Source: Kineococcus radiotolerans SRS30216 = ATCC BAA-149
Lineage (GTDB): Bacteria > Actinomycetota > Actinomycetes > Actinomycetales > Kineococcaceae
Length of the DNA stretch: 32,000 nucleotides
Direction: 5' to 3'
NCBI RefSeq assembly: GCF_000017305.1
Contig: NC_009664.2
Coordinates: 1,560,001 to 1,592,000, forward strand
In this document: positions 1-9,334 of the stretch, piece after piece
How positions within the stretch are numbered: the first letter of the stretch is position 1
Layout of the letters: each line of letters opens with the position of its first letter
Notes under the pieces: generated by a model
The model's input: only the letters and a program-made list of their open reading frames with translations
The model's database searches: none
Told to the model about the DNA's origin: nothing
Made by a program: the position numbers and the translations under genes

Positions 1-512
1 CGGCGGACCAGGTGGTGCCCGAGCACCGGCAGGCCGTGGTCGACGGCCGTCAGGGCGCGGGCGCCGGTGGCGACGAGAGCCACGCCCTCGACGCGCGGCA
101 GCAGGTCCGGCCGACGGGCGGCCAGCTCCATCACCGCCATCCCGCCCAGGCAGTGCCCCACCAGGACCAGCGGCCCGGTGGGGGCGACGGCGTCGACGAC
201 CTGCCCGAGGTCGTCGGCGAGGCGGGCCACCGCCACCGGCCCCGCCGGTCCCCGCGTCGAGCGGCCGTGCCCGCGCAGGTCCGGCAGCACCAGCCGGTAC
301 CGCCCGCGCAGCGCGAGCCGCTGGAAGTGCCAGCAGTCCGAGGACAGCGCGTAGCCGTGGGCGAGGACGACCGTCGGGGCGCCGTCGCGGTCGGCGGGGT
401 CCACCTCGACGTGCAGCCGGGCCCCGTCGTCGGTCTCGACCTCGACGGGGTCCCCGACCAGGCGCTGCAGCTCCTCGCGGCGGGCGCCGGGGTGCCGGCG
501 GGGGCTCAGCAC
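1..512 (-). CDS. alpha/beta-fold hydrolase, 5' part only (3' end lies beyond window start)
   Basis: Missing from the ORF track because it runs off the window. Hand translation of the minus strand from GTG 512 (alternative GTG 521, giving a GTGA overlap with the alr stop) reads ...PTVVLAHGYALSSDCWHFQRLALRGRYRLVLPDLRGHGRS...LVLVGHCLGGMAVMELA. This shows an HG oxyanion motif and a G-x-Nuc-x-G elbow. The track ORF 12..629 (+) is its antisense shadow. Confidence 0.6.
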   Translation of the reverse strand, partial: MLSPRRHPGARREELQRLVGDPVEVETDDGARLHVEVDPADRDGAPTVVLAHGYALSSDCWHFQRLALRGRYRLVLPDLRGHGRSTRGPAGPVAVARLADDLGQVVDAVAPTGPLVLVGHCLGGMAVMELAARRPDLLPRVEGVALVATGARALTAVDHGLPVLGHHLVR

Positions 513-517
513 GGGCC

Positions 518-1765
518 TCACGCGCGGTCCCCCACCAGGTCCGCCGGGTCCGCGAGGGGCGCCGCCAGGCCCGCCGCGGGGACCTCCGCGGGGCCCGTCG
601 CGAGGTCCTCCGCGAGCCGCCCGGTGTAGCGGCGCGGGACGCGGGCCCCGACGCGGGTGACGATCTCCCAGGAGATCGTGCCCGCCGCCCGCGCCCAGTC
701 GTCGGCGGTGGCCTCCCCGCGGGTGCCGGGACCGAGGACGACCGCCACCTCGCCCGGCGCGACGGCGTCGTCGCCGAGGTCGAGGACCACCTGGTCCATG
801 CAGACCCGGCCGGCGATGCGGCGGCGCGCCCCGGCGACGAGGACCTCCCCGGAGCGCTCGCCGTCCCAGGAGGCGTGCCGCGGCAGCCCGTCGCCGTAGC
901 CCAGCGGCACCAGCCCCAGCGTCGTGTCGCGCTCGGCGGTGTAGGTCAGCCCGTAGGAGACCCCCGCCCCGCGGGGCACCCGGCGCACGTGCGCGAGGCG
1001 CGCCTGGAGCGTCATCGCCGGGACCAGGCCGAGGTCGGCCCCGGTGGCGAGGTCCGGGGCCGGGGAGAGCCCGTAGGCGGCCAGCCCGACCCGCACCAGG
1101 TCGTAGCGGGCCTGCGGCACGAACAGCGCGGCCGCGGAGTTCGCGTGGTGGCGCAGCCCCGGCTCGACGCCGTGGCGGCGGGCGGTCCCCAGCGCCGCCT
1201 CGAACGCGGCCAGCTGCGCGGGCACGGAGGGGTCGCCGGGGACGTCGGCGCTGGCGAAGTGCGCCCAGGTGCCGCGCACCCGCACCGTCCCGTCCGCGAC
1301 GTGCCCCGCCACCGCGTCCAGCAGCGCCGGCCACTCCTCCGGGGAGGCCCCCCCGCGCGACATGCCGGTGTCGACCTCCAGGTGGATCCGCGCCGTCGTC
1401 GCGCTCGCGCGGGCGGCGGCGACGACCTCCTCCAGGGCCCACACCGCGGCGACGGACACGTCCACCCCGCGGCGCAGCGCCGGGACGAGGTCGGTGCCGG
1501 GGGTGAGGATCCAGGCGAGCAGGTCGGCCTCGACGCCGGCCCCGCGCAGCGCGAGGGCCTCGTGGACGTGCGCCACCCCGAGCCACGTCGCCCCGCCCGC
1601 GAGCGCCGCCCGCGCCGCGGGCACGAGCCCGTGCCCGTAGGCGTCGGCCTTGACCACGGCCATCACCTGCGGGCCGCCGACGCGCTCGCGCACGACGGCG
1701 ACGTTGCGGGCGATGGCGTCGAGGTCGACGACGGCTTCCGCGGGCACCCCCGGTCGTGGTTGCAC
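518..1765 (-). CDS. alr: alanine racemase
   Basis: 415-aa ORF with the PLP-lysine motif AVVKADAYGHG and GRVCMDQ near the C-terminus. GTG start at 1765 (alternative GTG at 1747). Confidence 0.9.
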   Translation of the reverse strand: MQPRPGVPAEAVVDLDAIARNVAVVRERVGGPQVMAVVKADAYGHGLVPAARAALAGGATWLGVAHVHEALALRGAGVEADLLAWILTPGTDLVPALRRGVDVSVAAVWALEEVVAAARASATTARIHLEVDTGMSRGGASPEEWPALLDAVAGHVADGTVRVRGTWAHFASADVPGDPSVPAQLAAFEAALGTARRHGVEPGLRHHANSAAALFVPQARYDLVRVGLAAYGLSPAPDLATGADLGLVPAMTLQARLAHVRRVPRGAGVSYGLTYTAERDTTLGLVPLGYGDGLPRHASWDGERSGEVLVAGARRRIAGRVCMDQVVLDLGDDAVAPGEVAVVLGPGTRGEATADDWARAAGTISWEIVTRVGARVPRRYTGRLAEDLATGPAEVPAAGLAAPLADPADLVGDRA

Positions 1766-1786
1766 GTCCCGACGGTACCGCCCGGG

Positions 1787-3229
1787 TCAGCCGCCGGTCC
1801 CGGCCCACCCGGGCAGCGAGGTGAGCGCCGCGGGGACGGCGTCGGCGACGTCGAGGGCGGCCAGCGGGCCGCCCGCGGAGGCGAGGGTCGCGGCCCACCC
1901 GTGCAGGACGGCGGCGTCCGCGGCGACCTGCGCGGGGTCCTCGTCCGGGCGCGCGGCCAGGGCCGCGCCGAGCACCCCGGCCAGGACGTCGCCCGCACCG
2001 GCGGTGGACAGCCAGGTCGGGGCGGCCGCGGCGGTGAGCACGCCGCGCTCGCCCACGACGGTGGTCACCGACCCCTTGAGCAGCACGGTGGCGCCGGTGC
2101 TCTCGTGGACCCGGCGGGCGTGGGTCAGCGGGTCGGCCTCCACGGCGCGCCGCTCCGCGCCCAGCAGGCGCGCCAGCTCCCCGGCGTGGGGGGTGAGGAC
2201 GTGGTGCGGGCCCAGGGCGGCGGGCAGGCCGGCGAGGGCGCCGGCGTCGACGACGGCGGGTTCCCCGGAGGCCAGGGCGCGCCGGATCCGGTCCTGCTGC
2301 TCGGGGTCGTCGGGGGAGACCCCGGGTCCCAGCACCCAGGCCTGCACCCGCCCCTCCCCCACGACGACCTCGGGCCGGCGCTGGCGGACGAGCTCGGCGG
2401 GGTGCTGCGGCCCCAAGTAGCGGACCATCCCCGCGCCGGCGCGGACGGCGGCCTCGACGGCGAGGACGGCGGCCCCGGTGTAGTCCGGGCCCCCCGCGAC
2501 GACCCCGACGACCCCGCGGGAGTACTTGTCGTCCCCCGGCGCGGCGCGGCGCCAGCGGGCGGCGACGTCGGCGAGCTCGACGCGCTCGACGGCGGGGGCG
2601 GGCAGGTGGTCGGTGGTGCCGATGTCGACGACGACGAGGCGCCCGCAGCGGGCCGCGGCGGGGGCCAGCAGGTGCGCGGGCTTGGCGGTGCCGAAGGTGA
2701 CGGTGACGTCGGCGGCCATCAGCTCGCCGGTGACCGCCCCGGTGTCGGCGTCGAGACCGGAGGGGAGGTCCACGGCCACCACGACGGGGCCGTCGAGCGC
2801 GCTGAGCCCCTCGTGGACCGGGCGCAGGCCGCCGCGGCCGCCGATGCCGGCGATCCCGTCCAGCACCAGGTCCGCGGCGGCGCAGACGTCCTCGTCACCG
2901 GCCTGCCACGGGCGGGTGCGCACCCCGGCCGCGCGGGCCGCGGCGAGGCCTTCGGGGTGGACGTGCTCGGAGGTGGTGAGGGCGGTGACCGCGACCCCGC
3001 GGCGGGCGAGGCGGGCGGCCGCGAGGAGGGCGTCGCCGCCGTTGTCGCCGGACCCGGCGAGGACGACGGCGCGCCGCCCGCTGACGCCCCCGGTGGCCTC
3101 GCGCAGGACGCGGGCGCACTCGACGTCCAGGGCGGCCGCCGCGCGGTGCATGAGCGTCCCGGGCGGCAGGAGCGCCATGACCGCCCGCTCGGCGGCGCGG
3201 ACGTCGGCGACGGAGTGCGCTGCGATCAC
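1787..3229 (-). CDS. nnr: bifunctional NAD(P)H-hydrate epimerase / ADP-dependent (S)-NAD(P)H-hydrate dehydratase
   Basis: 480 aa. N-terminal YjeF_N-like domain (GSGDNGGDAL) and C-terminal carbohydrate-kinase-like domain (GAGDVLAGVLGA). GTG start. Confidence 0.85.
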   Translation of the reverse strand: MIAAHSVADVRAAERAVMALLPPGTLMHRAAAALDVECARVLREATGGVSGRRAVVLAGSGDNGGDALLAAARLARRGVAVTALTTSEHVHPEGLAAARAAGVRTRPWQAGDEDVCAAADLVLDGIAGIGGRGGLRPVHEGLSALDGPVVVAVDLPSGLDADTGAVTGELMAADVTVTFGTAKPAHLLAPAAARCGRLVVVDIGTTDHLPAPAVERVELADVAARWRRAAPGDDKYSRGVVGVVAGGPDYTGAAVLAVEAAVRAGAGMVRYLGPQHPAELVRQRRPEVVVGEGRVQAWVLGPGVSPDDPEQQDRIRRALASGEPAVVDAGALAGLPAALGPHHVLTPHAGELARLLGAERRAVEADPLTHARRVHESTGATVLLKGSVTTVVGERGVLTAAAAPTWLSTAGAGDVLAGVLGAALAARPDEDPAQVAADAAVLHGWAATLASAGGPLAALDVADAVPAALTSLPGWAGTGG

Positions 3230-3241
3230 GTCTCGACCCCC

Positions 3242-3595
3242 CTAGCGGCTCTCCGCGACCACCATGGCCGTCGCGATCCCCGCGTCGTGCGAGAGCGACA
3301 GGTGGAAGACGGCCACCCCGGCCTCGTCGGCGATCTTCTTCGCGCTGCCGCGCACCGCGATCTCCGGGCGGTGCCCGTCCTCGCGCTCGACGACGACGTC
3401 GCGCCAGACCAGCCCGACGGGGGCGCCCAGCGACTTCGCGACGGCCTCCTTGGCCGCGAACCGCGCGGCCAGCGACTCCGCCGGCAGGTTGCGCTCACCG
3501 TCGCCGAAGAGGCGTTCCAGCAGCAACGGCGTCCGTTCGACCTGACGCTTGAAGCGCGCGACGTCGACGACGTCGATCCCGACTCCGATGATCAC
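3242..3595 (-). CDS. acpS: holo-[acyl-carrier-protein] synthase
   Basis: 117 aa with an [16 protein letters not shown]-terminus typical of AcpS. GGAGGGG lies 7 nt upstream of the GTG start. Confidence 0.85.
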
Positions 3596-3656
3596 GATGA
3601 TCCCCCTCCGCCGGCGTCACCGTCCCACGCGGGCGGGCGGCGCACGACGGCGGGGG

Positions 3657-5525
3657 TCACTCCACGGTGACGGACTTGGCCAGGTTGCGCGGCTGGTCGA
3701 CGTCGAGGCCCTTGGCGGTGGCGAGCTCGCAGGCGAAGACCTGCAGCGGCACCACGGCCAGCAGCGGGGACAGCAGCGTGGAGGTCTGCGGGATGCGGAT
3801 GACGACGTCGGCGAAGGGCTCCACCGCGGTGTCGCCCCGCTCGGCGATGACCAGGGTCCGCGCGCCGCGGGCGCGGACCTCCTGGATGTTGGAGACGACC
3901 TTGGAGTGCAGGGAGTCCCGCCCGCGCGGGCTGGGGACGACGACGAACACCGGCTGGCCGGGCTCCACCAGGGCGATGGGGCCGTGCTTGAGCTCCCCGG
4001 CCGCGAAGCCCTCGGCGTGGATGTAGGCGAGCTCCTTGAGCTTCAGCGCCCCCTCCATCGCCACCGGGTAGCCGACGTGGCGGCCGAGGAACAGCACCGA
4101 GCGGGTGTCGGCCATGTAGCGGGCGATCTCGCGGACCTGCTCCAGGCCGTCGAGGACCTCGCGGACCTGGGCGGGGATCTCGTGCAGCTGCGCCAGGACC
4201 TCGGCGACCTCGTCGGCGAACTTGTTGCCGCGCAGCTGGGCCAGGTAGAGGCCGAGCAGGTAGCAGGCGGTGATCTGGGCCAGGAACGCCTTCGTCGAGG
4301 CGACGGCGATCTCGGGGCCGGCGTGGGTGTAGAGCACCGCGTCGGACTCGCGCGGGATGGTCGAGCCGTTGGTGTTGCAGATGGCCAGCACCTTCGCGCC
4401 CTGCTCGCGGGCGTGGCGCACGGCCATGATCGTGTCCATCGTCTCCCCCGACTGGGAGATGGCGACGACGAGGGTGCGGTCGGAGACCACGGGGTCGCGG
4501 TAGCGGAACTCGTGGGCCAGCTCCACCTCGACGGGGATGCGGCACCAGTGCTCGATGGCGTACTTCGCGACCTGCCCGGCGTAGGCGGCCGTCCCGCAGG
4601 CGATGACGACGATCTTGTCGACGCTGCGCAGCTCCGCCTCGGAGATCTTCATCTCGTCCAGCTGCAACCGGCCCTCGGCGTCGGTGCGCCCCAGGAGGGT
4701 GTCGGCGATGGCCTGCGGCTGGTCGTGGATCTCCTTGGCCATGAACGAGGGGAACCCGCCCTTCTCGGCGGCCGCGGCGTCCCAGTCGACGTGGAAGCGG
4801 CGTCCCTCGCTGGGGGTGCCGTCGAAGCCGGTGACGACGACCTCGTCGGCGGTGATGGTGACGATCTGGTCCTGGCCGAGCTCGAGGGCCTCGCGGGTGT
4901 GGGCGATGAACGCGGCCACGTCGGAGCCGAGGTAGTTGGCGCCCTCGCCCAGCCCCACCACGAGGGGGGAGTTGCGGCGCGCGCCGACGATCGTGCCCGG
5001 TTCGTCGGCGTGGACGGCGAGCAGGGTGAAGGCCCCCTCCAGGCGGGCGCAGACGGCGCGCATCGCCGCGGCCAGGCCCGCGGTCGGGTCCTCGTCGTGG
5101 GCGCGGGCCAGCAGGTGCGCGACGACCTCGGTGTCGGTCTCGCTGGTGAACGCGACCCCGGCCCGGAGCAGCTCCTCGCGCAGGGGCGCGAAGTTCTCGA
5201 CGATGCCGTTGTGGATGAGCGCGAGCCGGCCGCCCTGCCCGACGTGGGGGTGGGCGTTGGCGTCGGTCGGGCCGCCGTGGGTGGCCCAGCGGGTGTGCCC
5301 GATGGCCGTCGCCGCGGCCGGCAGCGGGTCGGCGTCGAGGGCCTCGACGAGGTTGGCGAGCTTGCCCGCCTTCTTGCGGGTGTCGATCCCGGTCCCCCCG
5401 GCGCCCTGCGCCACGACCGCGATGCCGGCGGAGTCGTAACCCCGGTACTCCAAGCGGCGCAGTCCTTCCAGGACCACGTCCGTCCCGGCCTCGGCGACCC
5501 CCACGTACCCGACGATTCCGCACAT
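3657..5525 (-). CDS. glmS: glutamine--fructose-6-phosphate aminotransferase (isomerizing)
   Basis: 622 aa. MCGIVGY N-terminal Cys nucleophile, SIS-domain body and a C-terminal KSVTVE. Confidence 0.97.
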   Translation of the reverse strand: MCGIVGYVGVAEAGTDVVLEGLRRLEYRGYDSAGIAVVAQGAGGTGIDTRKKAGKLANLVEALDADPLPAAATAIGHTRWATHGGPTDANAHPHVGQGGRLALIHNGIVENFAPLREELLRAGVAFTSETDTEVVAHLLARAHDEDPTAGLAAAMRAVCARLEGAFTLLAVHADEPGTIVGARRNSPLVVGLGEGANYLGSDVAAFIAHTREALELGQDQIVTITADEVVVTGFDGTPSEGRRFHVDWDAAAAEKGGFPSFMAKEIHDQPQAIADTLLGRTDAEGRLQLDEMKISEAELRSVDKIVVIACGTAAYAGQVAKYAIEHWCRIPVEVELAHEFRYRDPVVSDRTLVVAISQSGETMDTIMAVRHAREQGAKVLAICNTNGSTIPRESDAVLYTHAGPEIAVASTKAFLAQITACYLLGLYLAQLRGNKFADEVAEVLAQLHEIPAQVREVLDGLEQVREIARYMADTRSVLFLGRHVGYPVAMEGALKLKELAYIHAEGFAAGELKHGPIALVEPGQPVFVVVPSPRGRDSLHSKVVSNIQEVRARGARTLVIAERGDTAVEPFADVVIRIPQTSTLLSPLLAVVPLQVFACELATAKGLDVDQPRNLAKSVTVE

Positions 5526-5532
5526 GGGATCG

Positions 5533-5538
5533 AGGGTA
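5533..5538 (-). promoter_or_regulatory. candidate -10 hexamer (TACCCT) for a leaderless glmS transcript
   Basis: A TANNNT match ends 7 nt before the glmS ATG. No purine-rich SD lies between the two. Confidence 0.3.
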
Positions 5539-5587
5539 CGGTCCCCGGGCCCCCGTCCCGGCCAGCCGAGGGCTGCGCGTCACCCGG

Positions 5588-5593
5588 TAGCCT
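5588..5593 (+). promoter_or_regulatory. candidate -10 hexamer (TAGCCT) for a leaderless coaA transcript
   Basis: A TANNNT match ends 7 nt before the coaA GTG 5601. No SD is present. Confidence 0.3.
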
Positions 5594-5600
5594 CACGCCG

Positions 5601-6587
5601 GTGAGCACGGGCGCACCCACTTCCCTCTCCGGCGCCCCGCACGCGCCGCCGAGCTCCCCCAGCCCCTACGTGGTCCTCGACCGCGAGCACTGGAGCGCGC
5701 TGCGCGCCTCGACGCCGCTGACCCTGACCGCCGAGGACCTCGCCCGCCTGCGCGGCCTCGGCGACCGGGTCGACCTGCGGGAGGTGGAGGAGGTGTACCT
5801 GCCGCTGTCGCGGCTGCTGACGCTCTACGACCGCTCCGCCGGGTCGCTGCACGCGGCGACCTCGACGTTCCTCGGCGAGGCCGTGGCCCGCACGCCGTTC
5901 GTCATCGGGATCGCCGGCTCGGTGGCCGTGGGGAAGTCCACGACGGCGCGCGTGCTGCGCGAGCTGCTGTCGCACTGGCCGGAGACCCCGCGCGTGGAGC
6001 TCATCACGACCGACGGCTTCCTGCTGCCCAACGCCGAGCTGGAACGCCGCGGCATCCTGCACCGCAAGGGATTCCCCGAGAGCTACGACCGCCGGGCGCT
6101 GCTGCGGTTCGTGGCGGCGGTGAAGTCCGGCGTGCCCGAGGTCCGCGCCCCGGTGTACTCCCACCTCGTCTACGACATCGTCGCCGGGGAGGAGGTCGTG
6201 GTGCGGCGCCCGGACGTGCTCATCGTCGAGGGGCTGAACGTCCTGCAGCCGGCCCGGGTCCGCGCCGACGGCACCCAGGGCGTCGCGGTGAGCGACTACT
6301 TCGACTTCTCCCTCTACGTCGACGCCCGCAGCGAGGACGTGCGGAACTGGTACGTCTCGCGGTTCCTGGAGCTGCGGCGCACGGCGTTCTCCAAGCCGCA
6401 GTCCTACTTCCACCGCTACGCCTCCCTCACCGACGACGAGGCCGTGGAGCGCGCCCGGCGGATCTGGAACGACATCAACGGCCCCAACCTCGCGGAGAAC
6501 GTCCTCCCCACCCGGGGCCGGGCCACCTGCGTGCTGCAGAAGGGCGCGGACCACTCGGTGCGCCGGGTGCGCCTGCGCAAGGTGTGA
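5601..6587 (+). CDS. coaA: type I pantothenate kinase
   Basis: This is the C-terminal 328 codons of the 1012-aa plus-strand track ORF. It has the P-loop [12 protein letters not shown], then [15 protein letters not shown] and the ending VRLRKV. GTG 5601 is the only in-frame ATG/GTG/TTG that lies upstream of the conserved SPYV..DR..W region and does not overlap glmS. Confidence 0.9.
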   Translation: MSTGAPTSLSGAPHAPPSSPSPYVVLDREHWSALRASTPLTLTAEDLARLRGLGDRVDLREVEEVYLPLSRLLTLYDRSAGSLHAATSTFLGEAVARTPFVIGIAGSVAVGKSTTARVLRELLSHWPETPRVELITTDGFLLPNAELERRGILHRKGFPESYDRRALLRFVAAVKSGVPEVRAPVYSHLVYDIVAGEEVVVRRPDVLIVEGLNVLQPARVRADGTQGVAVSDYFDFSLYVDARSEDVRNWYVSRFLELRRTAFSKPQSYFHRYASLTDDEAVERARRIWNDINGPNLAENVLPTRGRATCVLQKGADHSVRRVRLRKV

Positions 6588-6705
6588 GCGCGCGGCGGGC
6601 AGGGGTCCCCCGCCGGTCAGGCCGGTCGCCGGGCCCCCGGCCACGACGACCGGGCCGCCCCGCCCCGCCGGCGGCGGGATCCCGGCCCCGGGGAGGGCCC
6701 CGTGC

Positions 6706-8070
6706 TCAGAGGGCCAGACGCTTGCGCACCACGTCGGCCAGCCGGTCGGCGACGCCCTGCGCGTGGTCGGTGTGCGCGGCCTCGACCATGACCCGCACCA
6801 GCGGCTCGGTCCCGCTGGGGCGCAGCAGGACCCGGCCGGTCTCGCCGAGCTCGCGCTCGGCGTCGGCGACGGCCCCGAGCAGTTCCGCGTCGCTGCCGGC
6901 GCGGGACTTGTCGACCCCGCGGACGTTGACCAGGACCTGCGGCAGCCGCTGCACGACCCCCGTGAGGTCCTCGAGGCTGCGGCCGGTCTCGGCCATCCGG
7001 GCCAGCAGGTGCAGGCCGGTGAGGACGCCGTCGCCCGTCGTGGCGTGCGCGGGCAGGACGACGTGGCCGCTCTGCTCCCCGCCGATGCTCCACCCGCCGG
7101 CGTTGAGGGCCTCCAGGACGTAGCGGTCCCCGACCCCCGTCTCGACCATCGTCACGCCCTCGCGCTGCATGGCCAGCCGCAGCCCGAGGTTGCTCATGAC
7201 AGTGGCGACGAGGGTGTCGTCGGTGAGCTGCCCGCGGTCGCGCAGGGCGAGGGTGAGGACGGCCATGATCTGGTCGCCGTCGACGGCGTTGCCGCGGGCG
7301 TCCACGGCCAGGCAGCGGTCGGCGTCGCCGTCGTGGGCCAGGCCGATGTCGGCGCCGTGGGCCAGGACCGCGGCCGTCACCGGGCCCAGGTGCGTCGAGC
7401 CGCAGCCGTCGTTGATGTTGAGCCCGTCCGGGGCGGCGAAGATCGTCGTCACCCGGGCGCCGGCCTCGGCCAGCACCCGCGGGGAGACCGCGCTGGCCGC
7501 GCCGTTGGCGCAGTCGACGACGACGTGCAGCCCCTTCAGCGAGCCCGGGCCCCCGGGCAGCGTGGACAGCAGGTGCGCGACGTAGGTGTCCTGGGCGTCC
7601 TGCTCCACGTCGGGTCCCCCGTGGACGCGGCCCACGGCGGCGCCGGTGGGCCGGCGGCCCCCGCCCTCGCGGTAGGCGCGCTCCACGACGTCCTCGACGT
7701 CGTCGGGCAGCTTCGTGCCGCCCCGGGCGAAGATCTTCAGCCCGTTGTCGGGCATGGGGTTGTGCGAGGCGGACAGCATGACGCCGAAGTCGGCGCCGGA
7801 GGTGTCCACCAGGTGGGCCAGCGCCGGGGTCGGCACGACGCCGATGTCGAGGACGTCGACGCCCGCGCTGGCCAGCCCGGCCACGACGGCCGCGGACAGG
7901 AACTCCCCCGAGGCGCGGGGGTCGCGGGCGACCAGCGCCCGCGGGTGGGCGTTCCCGCCCGGCTCGACCAGCACCGAGGCCGCCGCCACCGCCAGCCCCA
8001 GCGCCATGTCGGCGGTGAGGTCGACGTTCGCCAGTCCCCGCACACCGTCGGTCCCGAAGAGCCGCGCCAC
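6706..8070 (-). CDS. glmM: phosphoglucosamine mutase
   Basis: [10 protein letters not shown]-terminus and the phosphoserine loop [13 protein letters not shown]. The start was trimmed from the track ATG 8109 to GTG 8070, which has GGAGGA about 8 nt upstream. Confidence 0.93.
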   Translation of the reverse strand: MARLFGTDGVRGLANVDLTADMALGLAVAAASVLVEPGGNAHPRALVARDPRASGEFLSAAVVAGLASAGVDVLDIGVVPTPALAHLVDTSGADFGVMLSASHNPMPDNGLKIFARGGTKLPDDVEDVVERAYREGGGRRPTGAAVGRVHGGPDVEQDAQDTYVAHLLSTLPGGPGSLKGLHVVVDCANGAASAVSPRVLAEAGARVTTIFAAPDGLNINDGCGSTHLGPVTAAVLAHGADIGLAHDGDADRCLAVDARGNAVDGDQIMAVLTLALRDRGQLTDDTLVATVMSNLGLRLAMQREGVTMVETGVGDRYVLEALNAGGWSIGGEQSGHVVLPAHATTGDGVLTGLHLLARMAETGRSLEDLTGVVQRLPQVLVNVRGVDKSRAGSDAELLGAVADAERELGETGRVLLRPSGTEPLVRVMVEAAHTDHAQGVADRLADVVRKRLAL

Positions 8071-8111
8071 CCTCGTTCCTCCCCCACTCGGCCGAACCCG
8101 GCCACACATGC

Positions 8112-8147
8112 CACGACGGCCCCGGGAGGACTCCCGGGGCCGTCGTG
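8112..8147 (-). terminator. perfect 16-bp stem-loop between rpsI and glmM (terminator/attenuator candidate)
   Basis: CACGACGGCCCCGGGA - 4-nt loop - TCCCGGGGCCGTCGTG, checked base by base. It begins 24 nt after the rpsI stop. There is no U-tract. Confidence 0.4.
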
Positions 8148-8170
8148 ACGGTACTCGTCGAGCTCGCTGG

Positions 8171-8674
8171 TCAGCGCTTGCTGAACTGCGGCGCCTTGCG
8201 GGCCTTCTTCAGACCGGCCTTCTTGCGCTCGGTGGCGCGCGGGTCGCGGGTCAGGAACCCGGCCTTCTTCAGCTGCGGGCGGTTGGCCTCGAGGTCGATC
8301 GCGTTCAGCGCGCGGGCGACGCCGAGGCGCAGCGCACCGGCCTGGCCGGAGGAGCCGCCGCCGTGGATGCGGGCGATGACGTCGAAGGACCCCTCGAGCG
8401 CGGTGACCCGGAACGGCTCGTTGACGAGCTGCTGGTGCACCTTGTTCGGGAAGTAGTTGTCCAGCTCGCGGCCGTTGATCGTCCACTTGCCGGTGCCCGG
8501 CACGATGCGGACGCGGGCGACGGCCTCCTTGCGGCGGCCGGTGGCCCCGCCGGGGGCGATGATGCTGTTGCCGCCGGTCGCCGGGGTGGACGACTCGGAG
8601 GTGTAGGTACCGGTGAACTCGTCGGACTCGGTGATGTCCTCGACGGTGTCCGCCTCGGTCGTGTACTCGCTCAC
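8171..8674 (-). CDS. rpsI: 30S ribosomal protein S9
   Basis: 167 aa ending [12 protein letters not shown], with an acidic N-terminal extension. GAGGAG lies upstream of the GTG start. Confidence 0.95.
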   Translation of the reverse strand: MSEYTTEADTVEDITESDEFTGTYTSESSTPATGGNSIIAPGGATGRRKEAVARVRIVPGTGKWTINGRELDNYFPNKVHQQLVNEPFRVTALEGSFDVIARIHGGGSSGQAGALRLGVARALNAIDLEANRPQLKKAGFLTRDPRATERKKAGLKKARKAPQFSKR

Positions 8675-8712
8675 GATGCTCCTCGCTCAGTTCGCCGTGT
8701 TCGTGCCGCGGC

Positions 8713-9156
8713 TCACTGCGCGACCTGGTGGATCGTGTACGCCTCGGGCTGCTGAGCCGCGTGGGGGTGCTCCGCGCCGGCGTAGACCTTGAGCTTGCTC
8801 AGGACCTGACGACCGAGGGAGTTCTTGGGGATCATGCCGCGGATGGCCTTCTCGACGGCCTTCTCCGGGTTCTGCTCCAGCAGGTCCACGTAGCTGGTGG
8901 CCTTGAGGCCGCCCGGGTAGCCCGAGTGGCGGTAGGCGACCTTCTGGTCGCGCTTGGAGCCGGTCAGGGCCACCTTGGCGGCGTTGACGATGATGACGTA
9001 GTCACCGCCGTCGACGTGCGGCGCGTAGGTCGCCTTGTGCTTGCCGCGCAGGAGGATCGCGGTCTGCGACGCCAGGCGGCCCAGCACGACGTCCTCCGCG
9101 TCGATGACGAGCCAGCGGCGGTTGATGTCGCCGGGCTTCGGGGTGAACGTGCGCAC
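8713..9156 (-). CDS. rplM: 50S ribosomal protein L13
   Basis: (V)[29 protein letters not shown] matches the L13 N-terminus. The start was trimmed to GTG 9156, with GAGGAG upstream. The track ORF extends to 9249. Confidence 0.95.
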   Translation of the reverse strand: MRTFTPKPGDINRRWLVIDAEDVVLGRLASQTAILLRGKHKATYAPHVDGGDYVIIVNAAKVALTGSKRDQKVAYRHSGYPGGLKATSYVDLLEQNPEKAVEKAIRGMIPKNSLGRQVLSKLKVYAGAEHPHAAQQPEAYTIHQVAQ

Positions 9157-9271
9157 GGGGGTTGCCCATCTCCTCGAGACGAATTGCGGACCGGCCCGCG
9201 CTCGAGATCCTGCAGCGCCGGGGTGAACCGGAACGCTGACGGCAGGCACTGCGTGGGCACAACGACCCCTG

Positions 9272-9301
9272 ACGTTACCTGGCGTCCACCTCGGCGGTCA
9301 A
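9272..9301 (-). promoter_or_regulatory. candidate sigma-70-type promoter for rplM-rpsI
   Basis: The minus strand reads TTGACC - 18 nt - TAACGT. The -35 element overlaps the U-tract of the upstream terminator and lies about 110 nt upstream of the rplM GTG. Confidence 0.35.
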
Positions 9302-9331
9302 AACGGCTCCTCCCGGCCGTCCCCGGAGGAG
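9299..9331 (-). terminator. putative intrinsic terminator downstream of the ABC-F gene
   Basis: The mRNA reads CUCCUCCGG-GGACGG-CCGGGAGGAG (9 bp with one bulge), starting 3 nt after the stop. It is followed by CCGUUUUG. Confidence 0.55.
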
Positions 9332-9334
9332 GCG

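Noticed and set aside
875-3670. 931-aa plus-strand ORF spanning alr, nnr and acpS
   Set aside because: It is antisense to three genes with clear family motifs. Its translation is a low-complexity mix of R, G, P, A and D with no recognisable domain. Long stop-free antisense frames are expected in DNA this GC-rich.
3549-5600. N-terminal roughly 680 codons of the 1012-aa plus-strand ORF, plus the 663-aa and 323-aa minus-strand alternative frames over glmS
   Set aside because: Only the last 328 codons (coaA) have protein-family signatures. The rest is antisense or out of frame to glmS, is Arg/Gly/Pro-rich, and has no start or SD support.
5526-5600. glmS ribozyme or other 5'-UTR riboswitch upstream of glmS
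   Set aside because: Only 75 bp separate glmS from the divergent coaA start, and a -10-like element sits 7 nt from the ATG. That leaves no room for the roughly 170-nt ribozyme core, which is also mainly a Firmicutes feature.
6588-6705. GC-rich palindromes between the convergent coaA and glmM genes as a special element
   Set aside because: These are several short CCGG/GGCC-type palindromes in a very GC-rich convergent spacer. They are plausibly bidirectional terminators, but none is long or distinctive enough to call.
6617-8148. 496-aa minus-strand and 461-aa plus-strand ORFs overlapping glmM
   Set aside because: They are alternative-frame or antisense shadows of glmM with low-complexity composition. 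glmM itself carries the diagnostic phosphoserine loop.
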